A stretch of 64,000 bases of DNA from Octopus vulgaris (GCA_951406725.2 OX597814.1:121458001-121522000); one strand, 5' to 3'. Shown: positions 1-13,993, counted from the first letter of the stretch. The notes: generated by a model not told the origin, from the sequence alone. A program made the numbers and translations.

Positions 1-321
1 GTACTTATTTAATCGACCCCGAAAGGATGAAAGGCAAAGTCGACCTCGGCGGAATTTGAACTCAGAACGTGGCGGCAGACGAAATACCTATTTCTTTACT
101 ACCCACAAGGGGCTAAACACAGAGAGGACAAACAAGGACTGACAAACGAATTAAGTCGATTATATCGACCCCAGTGCATAACTAGTACTTATTTAATCGA
201 CCCCGAAAGGATGAAAGGCAAAGACGACCTCAGCGGAATTTGAACTCAGAACGTAACGGCAGACGAAATACTGCTAAACATTTCGCCCGGCGTGCTAACG
301 TTTCTGCCAGCTCGCCACCTT
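1..321 (-). mobile_element. tRNA-derived SINE family A: complete copy (89-321) abutting a head-less tandem copy (1-88, runs off the window)
   Basis: Minus strand begins AAGGTGGCGAGCTGGCAGAA, has Pol III B-box GAGTTCAAATTCC and central motif GCCTTTCATCCTTTCGGGGTCGATTAAATAAGTAC; 1-88 repeats 185-272; homologues at 12206, 15623, 18968, 23050. Confidence 0.9.
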
Positions 322-624
322 ATTGATAGTGATACGTATTGAACACATCTTATTGATTACATACTTATTGATTACATAGGGTGATAATTATTGAACACAT
401 CTACTTCGGGAAAGAAAGAGCGTTGGAAAAATGTTTACGATGGTAATATTGTGTGAGAAACGATATGGATGATGAGAAGAGATTATCCATGTGGCAAACA
501 GAGCTTGCAAATTAAGAATAACAGGGCATGCACGGAGTATATAGTGCACGTTGATTTTTTATGTTTGAGATTAAGAATGCACTTTCATATACGTAACTCG
601 CATCGCCACATACTTTTACTTACA

Positions 625-821
625 TTTACATTTTATTGTTTCAATCATGTGACTGTGGCCATGCTGGAGCACCGCCTTTTTTAGTCGAGCAAATCGACCC
701 CAGAACTTATTCTTTGTAAGCCTAGTACTTATTCTATCGGTCTCTTTTGCAGAATCGCTAAGTTACGGGGACGTAAACACACAGGCATCGTTTGTCAAGC
801 GACGTTGGGGGATAAACGCAG

Positions 822-868
<47 letters not shown>

Positions 869-1005
869 CATACATACAACGGGCTTCTTTCAGTTTCCGT
901 CTACGAAATCCACTCATAAGGTTTGGTCGGCTCGAGTCTATAGTAGAAGACACTTCCCCAAGGTGTCACGCAGTGGGACCGAACCCGCAACCAAGTGGTT
1001 GGGAT
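625..1005 (-). mobile_element. SINE family B with internal (TA)n(TG)n microsatellite
   Basis: Homologous to 47014-47410 (+) and 54020-54433 (-); B-box-like GGTTCGGTCCC, CORE-like CCTTGGGGAAGTGTCTT, tail GGCGGTGCTCCAGCATGGCCACAGTC. Confidence 0.88.
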
Positions 1006-2429
1006 TAATTCAGAAATAGGCCCAGATACTATATACTTTATAGGTGATCAGCTGTTCTATTCTTCAAATGTGCAAGAGACTCTGGTACAAGAAGTACTTG
1101 GGAAGAATATTCTCAAATTTTCCTGCAGTTATTAGCACAATCAATATAAATTATATGATTCATTGTTCTCTTACTGTTTTAAAGTCTAGCTCAATAATGG
1201 ACGCTGCTATTTTGGAGATAAGTCAAAATATATTTGTAAGATTAACACTCTTATCGCTTGTCATTTATCTAATTGTCAAAATGACAATACGATAGTTGAT
1301 TATATTAATAATTGTGAATGATACTATTCACAACTTATTTCAGTTATAATTAGAAATTGTTACTTACACAATGACAGTAATACACCTAGATCAAGATATG
1401 AGAAAAATATTACATTTCAAGTGCAAAATGTTGCTAAAAGTGTTACGGCCCTTATACTTTTCAGCAAAGTTCTTGAAATCTACAATTAATGATGATGCAT
1501 CCAAATAAAGGAAATTACTTGTCATTGAAGAACATATACATTGATAACGAATGTAGCAGGAGAGATAACCAAACTGAAGATTGTTTACCAGGTTCAAAGA
1601 TATGGTGTCTTAGAGAGATGGTTCATTTAATCTGAAAACAATTGCTATTGTGACTGAGTTTATATTTAAATCTTTAAATTCACAAAAATGCCTCGCCAAT
1701 AATACACAGCATACCAATGTATATATCTATTAGTCTATCTTTATGCATTTGTGTGTGTTGATTTATATGTCTCACAATAATGTTTTTTTTTTGTTTGATG
1801 TGGACGACATCAAAGCTGATTCCTTTCTATAAAGTAGTAAAGGTCACTTAAAGTTTGATTGATGAAACGCGATACATGATCTCGACTGTCAGAAATATAA
1901 TCCATGAATCACAAGAAATGCTTTGAGTAAAGAAGTTAAAGAACGTTTATATAAACGTGTGTATGTCTGTATGTGTGTGTATGTTTGTATGTGCGTGTGT
2001 TTATGTTTGTGTCTGTGTGTGTGTGAGTGCTTGTGTGTCTATATATATATATATATGGGGGGGTGTATCTAGTGGTAGTGTTGGTAGTGATGATCGTGGG
2101 GTCATTAACTCCTGATGGAATCGTAGTTGCGCTGACGTGATATACTACGTGTCATGGACTTTTTAAACCTGGCGTATCCCCGCTTCCCACGCCGTATCTT
2201 GCTCTCTCTCTCCCTATCTCTCTTTTTCTCCCTCTCTCCCTCTATATATGTGCGTGAGTATGGAGAGAACGACACACAGACAGAGCGAAAGAGACACAGG
2301 GACATATTGCAAGCAGCTGGAGCGACATCTATGTTTATGTTTACCATGACTAATTAGACGGCAATCAGCAGGAAAGATAAAAACAGTAATTAAAATATAA
2401 ATATTGGTGTATCTTTTTTCTTTTATTCT

Positions 2430-2642
2430 TTTATTCTTAAACTTGTTTCAGTCATTTGACTACGGCCATGTTGGAGCACAGCCTTAAAAGTTTTGTTTTT
2501 TTTGAAAGAAATTGACCCCAGGGCTTATTCTTTGTAAGCCTAGTATTTCTTCTATTGGTTTCTTTTGCTGAACCATTAACTTACGGGGGATGTAAACACA
2601 CCAGCATCGGTTGTCAAGCGATGATGTGGAGACAAACACAGA
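2430..2642 (-). mobile_element. SINE family B, 3' half only
   Basis: Aligns by eye to 625-820; stops where the internal microsatellite starts. Confidence 0.85.
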
Positions 2643-3234
2643 TATTTATCTTGCTCGAAAAGTGTTGCATGATTTTTACAGCTCTGTATTTAGTGTATTA
2701 TTTTAGTGTGCATACACACATGCACACAGACACACACACAGCCACACGTTTAATAACTGTATATGTTTATATGTATAGATATATATATACTTTTGTGTAT
2801 ATATGTGTGTGTGTGTGTGTGTGTAATCGATCATATGTGTATGCCTATGCATCTGTACGAGCGCGTGGAAAATAAACACGCACGTATACACCCATTGTTT
2901 TAATTTTTTCTTTTTTAGACTTATTGTTTAAAAGTTTTACTTAAAACATTACATAAATAGTAACGTAATTTCATGACTTCGCACGCATGAAGTTTAAGAC
3001 ATTTGTAATATTACTATCATGCCAGAAATGAAATCAAAAACGTGAGCTTGAGGCAGTCGGTTTCTTTTTTTTTTTTTTTTTTTGCACGTATCCTTCGCAA
3101 AGATTGATGAGCAAAAGAACACAAGGATAAGAATTTCTTTTTCAAATTTTCATTTCATTTATAAAAAAGATATTCAAAGAATGAAAACTTCAACAGGTGA
3201 ACAAGGTTGGTTTTCTAACTGATGATCGGTAAAG

Positions 3235-3600
3235 AGTAAATCTGACAAGTGGAATTCAGAGGCTTTCAGGTATTTTATATTAAAGAAAATTCTACATTTA
3301 TATAGGATCCTGTACTGTAATGCGTCTGATGAATCAACAGAGATTTATTTTTACTTCACTATGTATGTTGTTATGCACCTATGTGAGACTCTTTCAATGA
3401 TAATGACGCAGTGTGGGGCGTTATAAAAAGACGACCACGTTAAGTTTGATATAAAAATTGGCTTTTGACACAACTACTACATCGGTCGCTAATTCATTTT
3501 ACTTAAGCCTACGAGCCTGAAAAGATGCTGATATTATATATATCATAACAGTGAGAAATGACTGGCATGTGATGACCGGACACGTTCCACTGATCTTTTC
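3235..3600 (+). pseudogene. Possible highly decayed piggyBac-like transposase remnant
   Basis: Frameshifted traces resembling KPDKYGI (3239), DNYYTS (about 3466) and GTVR (about 3548) in the right order; weak. Confidence 0.25.
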
Positions 3601-3894
3601 CATTAGGGTGAAATCACTTTATATGGGATTTCTGGCCTCAATGACAGACGATTACCGTCTTCTACGATGTATATCTGCTTTCGTTCATGAAACGTTTATA
3701 TGAGAGGATTTCTAAAGGCTGATAAGGCAGAATTCGGTGTTCTCAAATGGCATGCTTGTTATATAGGATATATGGATTTTCTTCTGGTATCAATATTGAC
3801 TCTCCTAATCATTTTTTTTTCCTTTATATATTTTAGCCCAATGGCTGTGACCATGCTAGAGCACCACCAGTACATGTGTATGTAGGTATACATG

Positions 3895-4262
3895 CATCTG
3901 TTCTTTTTTAATTATTACAAATCTTCCATAGAGCGGGGAGACAGTTTCCAACTGAAATACAAGGCTCCATCTTTGGGATGTAGTTAACATAGATCAATTC
4001 ACATTTGGAACTTGAGAAAAGTGTTGCAAATTTTTAATGTTCCACTCAGAGACTGCATTTGTAAAGTACGAATTAGCCGATTGATACTTCTTTCTGAAAA
4101 TCCCAGTTTATCCAGAATCTCATTTAAACATTTACTGAGAAAACCTAGTGCTCCAATTATTATTGGTGTGGATATGAATTCATAGTCTGGATATAGAAGC
4201 TGGAGGTTTCGAAGTAGTTGTTCATAGATAATCTTTTTTCTTTGATTTTCAAAGAGATATTC
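3895..4262 (-). mobile_element. 3' end of R4/Dong-like (RLE) non-LTR retrotransposon, CATA-associated family
   Basis: Translates YEQLLRNLQLLYPDYEFISTPIIIGALG...LSGTLKICNTFL*, the PIxIGALG C-terminus of RLE LINEs; ORF end and 3'UTR match 8120-8465. Confidence 0.85.
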
Positions 4263-4272
4263 GCACGTGTGC

Positions 4273-4445
4273 ATGTATGTATGTATGTATGTATGTATGT
4301 ATGTATGTATGTATGTATGTATGTATGTATGTATGTATGTATGTACGTACGTATGTATGTATGTATTTATGTATGTATGCATACATGAATGTATGTATGT
4401 ATGTATGTATGTATATATATGTATGTATCTATGTATGTATGTATG
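4273..4445. repeat. (TATG)n microsatellite
   Basis: Direct reading. Confidence 0.97.
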
Positions 4446-4767
4446 ATTCTACGACTTCAAATTGAGTTAAAGTGTTAGGTTTTATACCTACTAGTGAAAG
4501 GAAGAAGATAAAATAACATTTCTGTTGCCACTGTATTTCTAAATAAAAGCGATTTGTATTCAAATCTGTGGGTCACAGCAAAACCTTTGCAATGGCCCTA
4601 TGTTTTATCAGATGTGTGGTCCGTCTGTTCAGCTCAAAGATGCAGTTTAGTACGTCGTCATATACAAACATATTTACAGACGCATGGATGAGAATATAAT
4701 CATCCATGATATATAAACCTAGCTAAACGTACATATCTACTCGCACACTGCATGTTCTTATAGACAA

Positions 4768-5120
4768 CTAGCAGCTAAGCCCAGTTTCACCCGGTCTGTT
4801 TGGACGATGTGGCTGTGATCGTTTTCGGTTAGGCATAATCTATAACAGCGTTTGTCAACCTTATCATTTCGGGTCCCCTGTTTCGATTGGAGCCTCTGGC
4901 TATATGAAACTTTCCTGACCCTACCCCGCCAGAAAACAGCTCCTAAGCAACTGGTTGTTTTAATGGCAGAGGAAGAGGTAAATTCCATTAGAAATGTTTT
5001 AATCGATTTTCTCGGTAAGTATGGGGTTTAGGAAAAAAATACAAACTGCATTCCAATATATGCACCTGTCTCCACAGGTGTACCATTTTTCACGCGAATC
5101 CATCCAGCCGTTTGGCTGTT
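4768..5120 (-). mobile_element. Non-autonomous Helitron-like element (Lep1-like), 3' end intact
   Basis: Minus strand ends ...CCGGGTGAAACTGGGCTTAGCTGCTAG|T: imperfect GC hairpin then CTAG before T; same terminal design as 51717-52113. Confidence 0.6.
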
Positions 5121-5589
5121 AACCTTTTCCCTTGTTGTTATTATTCTCTCTATCTCTCTCCCCTTTATTTTCGCACACAAAATACTTATTTAAACTCTTC
5201 GACCGAAAACAGCTGATAAACTTCATTGTAAATAATGTTTTGTCAAAAAATATATAGGATGAACGGTTAAAACCTGAAAAACCTTATATACTTCATTGGC
5301 TGAACAAGGCGATAACTTGATAGTTGAACACACGGTGAACTCAAAATAAACAAAAAAGTAAAAACGAATGGTGAACTCTGATTTACGAAACGTATAATTA
5401 TTGTTGTATATATACATACATGTTATAAGAGTGTGTGCGTGTGAGTGTGTATTTGTGTATTTCTCTTTACTTATATATTGAGTAGATATGCTGATACATG
5501 ATCATGTATGTACCAAAAGTTACGCATTCCACATTCATTTGCGCCTACATACATAAATATTTAAATTGGTAGACAGGCAAGGAAATAGA

Positions 5590-5668
5590 AAGACAGACAG
5601 ATAGACAGATAGATACATAAATAGATAGATAGACAGATAGATACATAAATAGATAGATAAACAGATAT

Positions 5669-5765
<97 letters not shown>

Positions 5766-5798
5766 CAGATATATAGATAGACAAACAGAAAGACTGAC

Positions 5799-5893
<95 letters not shown>
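5590..5893. repeat. (GATA)n/(GACA)n microsatellite
   Basis: Direct reading. Confidence 0.97.
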
Positions 5894-7711
5894 GTTATTG
5901 CTAATTTATATGCACGCACAAATTAGTTTTATTTTTTGTTATTCTTTAGGAATTTAGAAAAAGGAGCAGCGCTATTGCCTCAGGTACTGCCTGTTTCTTT
6001 TCTTTTTGTTCTTTTCTTTTTATATATTATGTCTATTTCTGGTTGATAAATGCTTGTGCATGTATAGCTGCATTATCTGAACGAGTGAATAGTGTTTAAT
6101 TAATTGTTATCCGCTGAATTTAGAATGTTGCTTTCAAGAAGTGATATGAATTTACGTGATGCTAAGCATCTTCAACAAAACCCATCCTCTTTTTCATAAA
6201 ATCGTTTAAGATCTTTTAAATAACTGGTGTCATCCAAATATGATATTGCTGTGTTATACTGGCAATATTACCAAACTGTCATTGTTACACACATATCATT
6301 ACTAACAAATATCTCATTGAACGACAACAGTATCAATATTGATTTCTTCAATAAAAAATTCCTTCAATTTGGAAGAATGGATGTAGACAGCTTGTTAAAA
6401 ATTGATGCTGAAAGCAAGTTCTGGTATCTCACTTAAACCATTATCTATATCGTTTATTCTTTTCAGACGTTTTTCTCTCTTTCTCAAACTGACCTATAAT
6501 GTCTCATGAAAGAAAGAAAAGTATACATTCAATAATTTTCTAAATAATATATTTCTCTTCCCATTAACTCAAATGTTTATTCAACGGAAGAAGAAAAAAA
6601 AACGAAACAACTATTTGTTATAGTCATTACATTTTAAATTACAAATGTTTAAACGTACGAGTTGAGTTGCTTTTATAACGATTATAATTTTCCAGGCTAT
6701 TAACCTCATATCTAAATGTATATTTACCAGTTTTACATCGCCTTTACTTTTCGGTCTCCCATCGGTATTACCTGATGTAAAACATTAAATAATGCCAAAG
6801 TACGCTGATAAGAAATAGATTCAAAAGCCAGTGGACAGTAAAACGTAAATTCTGAAGGTATATACTATGGTATAAGAAACTTTGACAGAATGTGATAATT
6901 ATTAGAAAGTCGCATTTGCCAGTGTGAAGAAAGAAACATACGCACATTTGAAATTGTTTTATGATTAAAACTATTTCAAATTTCCCTTGTATTTATATTA
7001 ATGTATATGGGCGCCAGTGTACAAACCAAAGAAAGTAAATGTCAATCGTTGCTTATTGTAGTACCTAGAATCCTTTATTAGCTGGTAATTAAGCCCTACA
7101 TCACTTCAACTTTCGATGACATAGACTATAATTTGCCAAATGTGTGCTGCCAACTTAAATAATAACAAATTATAATGAGTATACTGGAAAGGAGCATATT
7201 AGGAAGGGGATCCATTTGTAATTACAGTTTACGAGGCGAAACTGACACTGAATCTATAGCAGATAATTCTGTGTATTGTTTTACGTGGTAGAAAGAACTA
7301 CTTGCGATACCAAGTGGTCCATGTCAACAGCATTGCTATGTTGCACATCTTTTAAAACTTGCACAGATGTGTATCTATATATAGTTTAAATTTAACTTTG
7401 GTTTCCTAAAATACGCTCCGTTACTCATAAACATTCATTATTCATATTCTTAGGTACTCTAATAGCATTAGCCTAATGACAGGTGATTTTACTTCTGCAA
7501 TTCAATTTCGAATCCGAATTCTTGTTGGACAGTGTGATAAAAGAAATCATTAAAAAATTTCCTTCTTAAAAGTTGACTTGAATCTGCCAACTAAAATTTA
7601 TTCATAGAATTATAAATACATACATACATACGTACGTACGTATGTATGTATGTATGTATGTATGTATGTATGTATGTATGTATGTATGTATGTATGTATG
7701 TATGTATGTAT

Positions 7712-8468
7712 GGAACAAGAGATTTGCACAAAGTACCCGGTGATCAAGAGCGGCAGTGGCGCTCTTGTAATCCCAAAGTGCAAACGCATGTGTAGGCTAT
7801 GACAGATATCTGTGGAAGACATCACGCATGTGATTAGCAGCTGTCGTAAGATATCGTCACGGTACTAACTTCCTATTTGGCACGATGTTGTTGCTAAAAT
7901 AATTTACAATGCCATTCGCAAAAAGACTGTCCTGAAATAAACTTAGAATATCATTTTTATGGAATACATGCATAAACATCAACTCAAGGAATACTGCTGG
8001 AATATTCTTATCAAAACTTCTGTCAAATGTAAAAATAACAGGTCGGATATTGTTGTTTGGGACAAGGGTCATAGAAATCAGCTGCAGGGCAGCTGATTTC
8101 TCTTTGAAAATCAATTCTCTTTGAAAATCAAAGAAAAAGAGTTTATCTATGGAAAACAGCTTCAAAAACTCCAGCTTCTATATCCAGACTATGAATTCAT
8201 ATTCATACCAATAATAATAGGATCACTAGGTCTTCTTAGTAAATACTTCAAGAAGAATCTGGATAAACTGGGGTTTTCAGAAAGAGAAATCGACCTGCTA
8301 ATTCGTACATTACAAGTGCAATCTGTGAGTGGATAAGCAAGACTTTTCACAAGTTCCAAATGTGAATTGATCTGTGTTAACTACGTCCCAAAGACGGAGC
8401 CTTCTATATTTGTTTTAAACCGGATCCCTCCTCAGTGAAATATTTTTAGTAATTAAAAAACAGAAGAG
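7712..8468 (+). mobile_element. 5'-truncated R4/Dong-like LINE (zinc knuckle plus RLE domain, decayed)
   Basis: CRL*QISVEDITHVISSC (CCHC knuckle), HDVVAK, WNILIK...NRSDIVVWD (RPD motif), IPIIIGSLG; (TATG)n on the left and CATA repeats on the right. Confidence 0.88.
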
Positions 8469-8549
8469 ACATACATACATACAAACATACGTACATACAT
8501 ATATATATATATACATATATACATAACACACATACATATACATACATAA

Positions 8550-8606
<57 letters not shown>

Positions 8607-9344
8607 TACATATATATACATATATTATACAGGTTAAGATATATAGAGTTTGTATTAATATATCGCTCAGAGAATTATATCTATGAGTCAGGATCATTCT
8701 TTCACCAAACAGACTAAAATATGTTATGCAACATAATTTTTATCTTCAACAAGGAAATCGTATGGGGGAATCAGCGTTTGAACTACATTTAAAAGTGAAA
8801 TTCAAAATCAATGCCAATGCATTCGATTACTCCTTCTCCGTAAACCTATTGTGCTTTTTGCTTAAATGAGGAGGAAGAACATTTTTGAATATAGAGGAGC
8901 CCTTTCAGACCCATTCAACAATTAACACGGTAGACAGAAATGCTAAATTCTATTTATGACTAAATATCTGTTTGGAAGTTGGATTTGTATTCTTAATAGT
9001 ATTGAACCACAACGTTCTCCGAAAACCTTACCGAAAACAAATTCAAATATTATATATTACAAGAAAAGCTCCCTGGGGGATGGGAGTAAAATCGTAAAAG
9101 AAAATGAAAGGGAGCTGCAGCCTAACAAGAAAGATAGCTTAAGCTAAACTTTACATTGTTAGAGACTGCAGACTATGATGAATATTATCTTTAATGCTAA
9201 GTGGTCAGCAGAGTGGATATATTTAGGCTTTAGTAGAACTTATGCGCAAAATATATTCCGCTCTAACAATATTAAGTTATATAAGATATATGTCTGTATA
9301 TGTGTGTGTGTGTGTGTGTGTATGTGTGTGTGTGCCGCTAAATG

Positions 9345-9502
9345 CACAAGTTTTTTCTCTGTTTATTTTCTCTTATTTCCTTCTGTTGAAGAGTGTAGGC
9401 TCGAAACGTAAAAGACTTCCTCACTTCCCCAACCGTCAAGCTAATACACCAGCATGTTGTTCATACACCTGTCATCTTTTGATTTTTTGTAAATTTCCAC
9501 TA
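9345..9502 (+). mobile_element. Short Penelope-like terminal element with degenerate hammerhead core, ending in (TA)n
   Basis: CTGTTGA-A-GAGT/GTAG/GCTC-GAAA-CG-TA at 9383-9410; 3' part homologous to 56533-56615 (-). Confidence 0.6.
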
Positions 9503-9524
9503 TATATATATATATATATTTAAT

Positions 9525-9663
9525 ACAAATGGGACAAGAACGCAAAACAGCTAGGTGGTACAAGAATGGAACAACAAAATATCCAGATAGACGATACAAA
9601 GAAAACAAGGACTGGTCATTCGAAGTTTTCTTTCCTCAATCAAGCACCAGATTATCCTCGCAA
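9525..9663 (-). repeat. Short interspersed repeat fragment beside (TA)n, probably PLE terminal sequence
   Basis: Pyrimidine-rich minus-strand tail running into the TA array, like the neighbouring element; family assignment is inference. Confidence 0.35.
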
Positions 9664-9671
9664 GAACGTGA

Positions 9672-9940
9672 ATTCAATTCCCAGAGACGCTTTGTATCCT
9701 TGAGCAAGACACCTTAATTCACGTTGCTCCAGTCCACTCATCTGGCAAAAATGAGTAGTACTTCTATTTTAAAGAGCCGGCCTTGTCACACATTGTGTTA
9801 TGCTGACCTCCCTGAGAACTACGTTAAGGATACACGTGTCTGTGTGGTGTTCAGCCATTTGCACGTTAATTTCACGGGTAAGCTGTTTTGTTGATCGTAT
9901 CAGCTGGAACCCTCGTCGTCGTAATCGATGCAGTGCTCCA
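9672..9940 (+). mobile_element. SINE family C (CORE-like), head truncated
   Basis: B-box remnant TTCAATTCC followed by TCCTTGAGCAAGACACCTT and TTGCTCCAGTCCACTCA, shared with 56390-56490 (-). Confidence 0.75.
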
Positions 9941-9995
9941 TATATGTGTGTATATGTGTGTGTGTGTGCGTGCGTATGTGTGTTAGTACGTGTGT

Positions 9996-10044
<49 letters not shown>

Positions 10045-10053
10045 ATATTTATA

Positions 10054-10107
<54 letters not shown>

Positions 10108-10590
10108 CATTGTATGTCTACATGTATGTATATATGTATACAGAGGTAGTTATGTGTATGATGCTGGTTATGAATGAACAGGATTGTTAAATATAAACCA
10201 ACCTAAGGGGAACCTTCTGCATACTAAATCATAAATACGCTTATCTAATTGAGTGGGAAAATTTCGTTCAAGTGAGATATCAAAATATTTTAACAAAAAT
10301 GGCCTATAGGAAACGTTTAAAATCTAAAAGAACAAACAGCTCAGTTAATTGAGATTTCTTAATCATATATAGAATATACATGGTAATTTTTAATACTATG
10401 GTTTATCGCCTGTGTTCATGTTTTTTTTTTTTATATAAATATACTCTGTAAAATAGAATTTGTAATAATACCTATTCGGGAGAAATATCTTAATTGTCTC
10501 GTACAAAACAAATTGTTATTCATAACTAAATTATGCAAACATTCAAAATCAGTCTTATATTGCTGCTACATGCATACATACACATTCACA

Positions 10591-10622
<32 letters not shown>

Positions 10623-10649
10623 TACAGGTAGGTAGGCAGGCAGGTAGGT

Positions 10650-10797
<148 letters not shown>

Positions 10798-10800
10798 ATG

Positions 10801-11165
10801 TGTCTTTATTAGCCACACAGGGTTGAACATAGAGGGGACAAATTAGAAAGTAGAGCTTTTCTTTTGGGTGAGGAAAAAAAGTAAAGAAAAAAAAAGAAAA
10901 TGCGAGGTAGGTTTTCGATCAATAAGGATCGTAAAAGAAGAGATAAAAATTATCAATAGGGCTCGTGAATCACAGAGGTAAAGTGTAAAGGGGGAAACAG
11001 ATAAGGTTTATTAGAGGAAAGAAAAGCCTACGGAAAAGACAACGGTAACCTCGTTCAATAATGTCACATGTTAACACATTTATTTGCAAGTAAGTAACAC
11101 TCTGTTTTAAACTTTTCCGGGTTCATAGGATTATGCTCAAGGTGGCTTCGTCATTCATACGTGCC

Positions 11166-11166
<1 letters not shown>
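10801..11166 (-). mobile_element. LINE 3' end (last codons plus 3'UTR), possibly L1/Tx1 clade, within a (GATA)n array
   Basis: Minus strand ARMNDEATLSIIL* then about 320 nt ending TGTGTGGCTAATAAAGA; (GATA)n on both sides; last 40 nt match the SINE A tail. Confidence 0.55.
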
Positions 11167-11350
<184 letters not shown>

Positions 11351-11659
11351 CAAACAGACATATAGCTAGACAGATAGAAAGACAGCCAAACAGAAAGGCA
11401 GACAGATAAATAGATAGAGACGAAATGATATCCCCAATCTCATGCATGTTTGTTGCGAATAGAAACAAATCCAATTTTAGATTATGTGCAACTTTCACAA
11501 ATGATTCAATGACCGGCTGTTTACGTTTCAATATTAACTCTGCAGAATGCAGTGAAAGCAATTTACTTTCAGTAATGTACACACATTCTCACATATATGT
11601 ACATATAAATGTATGTGTGTGTATGTCTGTTGGTATGTATTTATGTATATATGTATCTG

Positions 11660-11723
<64 letters not shown>

Positions 11724-12205
11724 AATGTGTTTAAAAGATTTATGCGCAAATCAACCTGTGTTACAAAACCTATGATAAATTTAATATTGCTATGCTATAC
11801 TGCATTTAAAACATTCGTTATGGAACTTCAAACAAAAATACATTTCTGATTACTTAAATTTATAGCGCATAAATATCTGCTAAATAATTAATACATTAAT
11901 TAATTAAAGCATATTTATAAAATTACTCTAAATAATATGTACACAAATATGTTCTCGATAAAAGTTTCCAACTTAATATGATGACATTGTAAAACATATT
12001 TGTGCAGTAAACGGAGTTTCTTTGACGATTCCATATCTATTAAAACACAAAAAATATGTAATGTATTCACGTCTATTACTAATTAACTAAAAACGGACGA
12101 CGTAGTTTCTCATTAAATATACTACATACATATACTAGTTATAAAATGTTCTTAAGTCAACTGACGATGGATTTTGTATTTAAATTACTTCAATGGTATC
12201 AAATA

Positions 12206-12434
12206 TATTTCTTTGTTGCCCACAGGGGGCTAAACATAGAGGGAACAAACACAGACAGATAGAGGGATTAAGTCGATTGTATCGACCCCAATGCGTAGCT
12301 GGTGTTTATTTAATCAACCCCAAAAGGGGGCAAAGTCGACCTCTGCGGGGTTTGTGCTCAGAACGTAAAGGCAGACGAAATAATGCTAAGTATTTCGCCC
12401 AGCGTGCTAACGATTCTGCCATCTCGCCGCCCTA
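12206..12434 (-). mobile_element. SINE family A, full length
   Basis: Collinear with 89-321 including tail. Confidence 0.88.
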
Positions 12435-12929
12435 ACTGAGGGTGCCAGATAGGTCGACCCAACGTCTCACAGTTCCCGTCGTTCTTAGCAAAGTCTTGTG
12501 CCTTCAAAACACAACATTCTTGGAGAAGCCATTTTCAGAACACATATTACTAGTAGAGTCTCCCACATTTTATTTTATAGTATAAGTGTTATATACACCG
12601 GAAGTGTAATCGAATCTGTATCGGTTGCGTATTTTAATTTACACAAACGAATGGAAAACTTAAAAACTGCTGGTTTTGACTCAATAATTTCATCTGAAAA
12701 TTCCGAGTCAAATCCGCTCATAAAACTGCATGATTGTTTTTTCTAAATTCTTGGTCCACCCATAATTCATTCAAGAAATTATACAGATTTAAATGGCGAA
12801 AATATATGAATACTAAACCACATAGTTTTACCGAAACAAAGTTATACGCATAAGTTACTTGTCGAGACCTTATCATTCATACATATACGTATGTAGGTTT
12901 TCATATGCGTATGTGTTTGTGCAAATGTA

Positions 12930-13287
12930 AATCATTATTCAGTTTATTTCAAGATTTCTTAACAATAGAGAATGAACCGGTTTCTAACCTAGATCCACGG
13001 CTCCTTCATCGTAATTTCAACATCAACAATAAGGTATTTTTGTTTGTTTGTTTGTTTGTATGTATATATGTATGTACATATGTATGTGCAAATTTGTAGG
13101 TTTTGTGTATGTACTCTCATGCATATAGTTGCATATCTAGACATGCACATATACATTTAAATGTCCAGTGATGTACTGGATCTGAAGTCTTGGAATTAGC
13201 TTTCTCTTTTCTGGATTTGAGAAAGCCTAATTTCTGAAGATTGGTATTTAGGCAGTGTGTTGCATATCCCGGGGCCCCAATAATATA
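12930..13287 (-). mobile_element. R4/Dong-like LINE 3' end, related CATA-associated subfamily, interrupted by microsatellite
   Basis: IIGAPGYATHCLNTNLQKLGFLKSRKRKLIPRLQIQYITG resembles the 3999-4170 product; TATG repeats adjacent. Confidence 0.7.
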
Positions 13288-13355
13288 TATCGTTTTATGT
13301 TGTATGCATGTATGTATGTACGTATGTTTATATGTATATAAATGTATATAGAGTG

Positions 13356-13402
<47 letters not shown>

Positions 13403-13993
13403 TATAGATATGCTAAAAGTATGAAGTACTCAGTACGACCACTCAAGGAAAAGAGAACTCAATATATTTCTGCAAAAACGATTTTCCACTCCCCACAATA
13501 TAAATGCTTGTATACACATTTATGTGTGTGTGCATGAGTTTGTCTCTGAGTAGAGTGAAGAAATACATGAAAAAAATATTTATAGATATTTCACTGTCGT
13601 ATGCATTATCCATTTGCGACTAATACCGATTGCTTTCATTCTTGCGTGCAGTGAATTGAAAGATAGTAAGTATTAAATTGTACATTTATAAATTGTATGG
13701 TTTTGTTTCCTTTTGTTCTCTCATGAATCTTATATGTTTTATACAGTTATCAACGGTAGCAAACATTATATGTTTCCAAATATCTTATAAATATAAAACT
13801 ATGCCAGAATATTATATAAACGTTTGTGCGCCTAAAAAAACATGTATCTAGTATTATCGACAGATACACAGAAATCGAAGTATCTGATGTATATTCTGTC
13901 AATAATCCTCTCTTATCATCTATGACGTATTGATGTACTAACTGGCATTGTTTTTTAAGCACGTAGCAAATATACATATAGTGAATTATATTC

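Noticed and set aside
235-321. tRNA genes at SINE heads (also 47014 and 56480)
   Set aside because: A/B boxes present but no full cloverleaf; they continue into SINE bodies
4758-4988. ORF with KRCYRLCLTE resembling a PLE C-terminal motif
   Set aside because: Lies within a Helitron-like element and has no other PLE motifs
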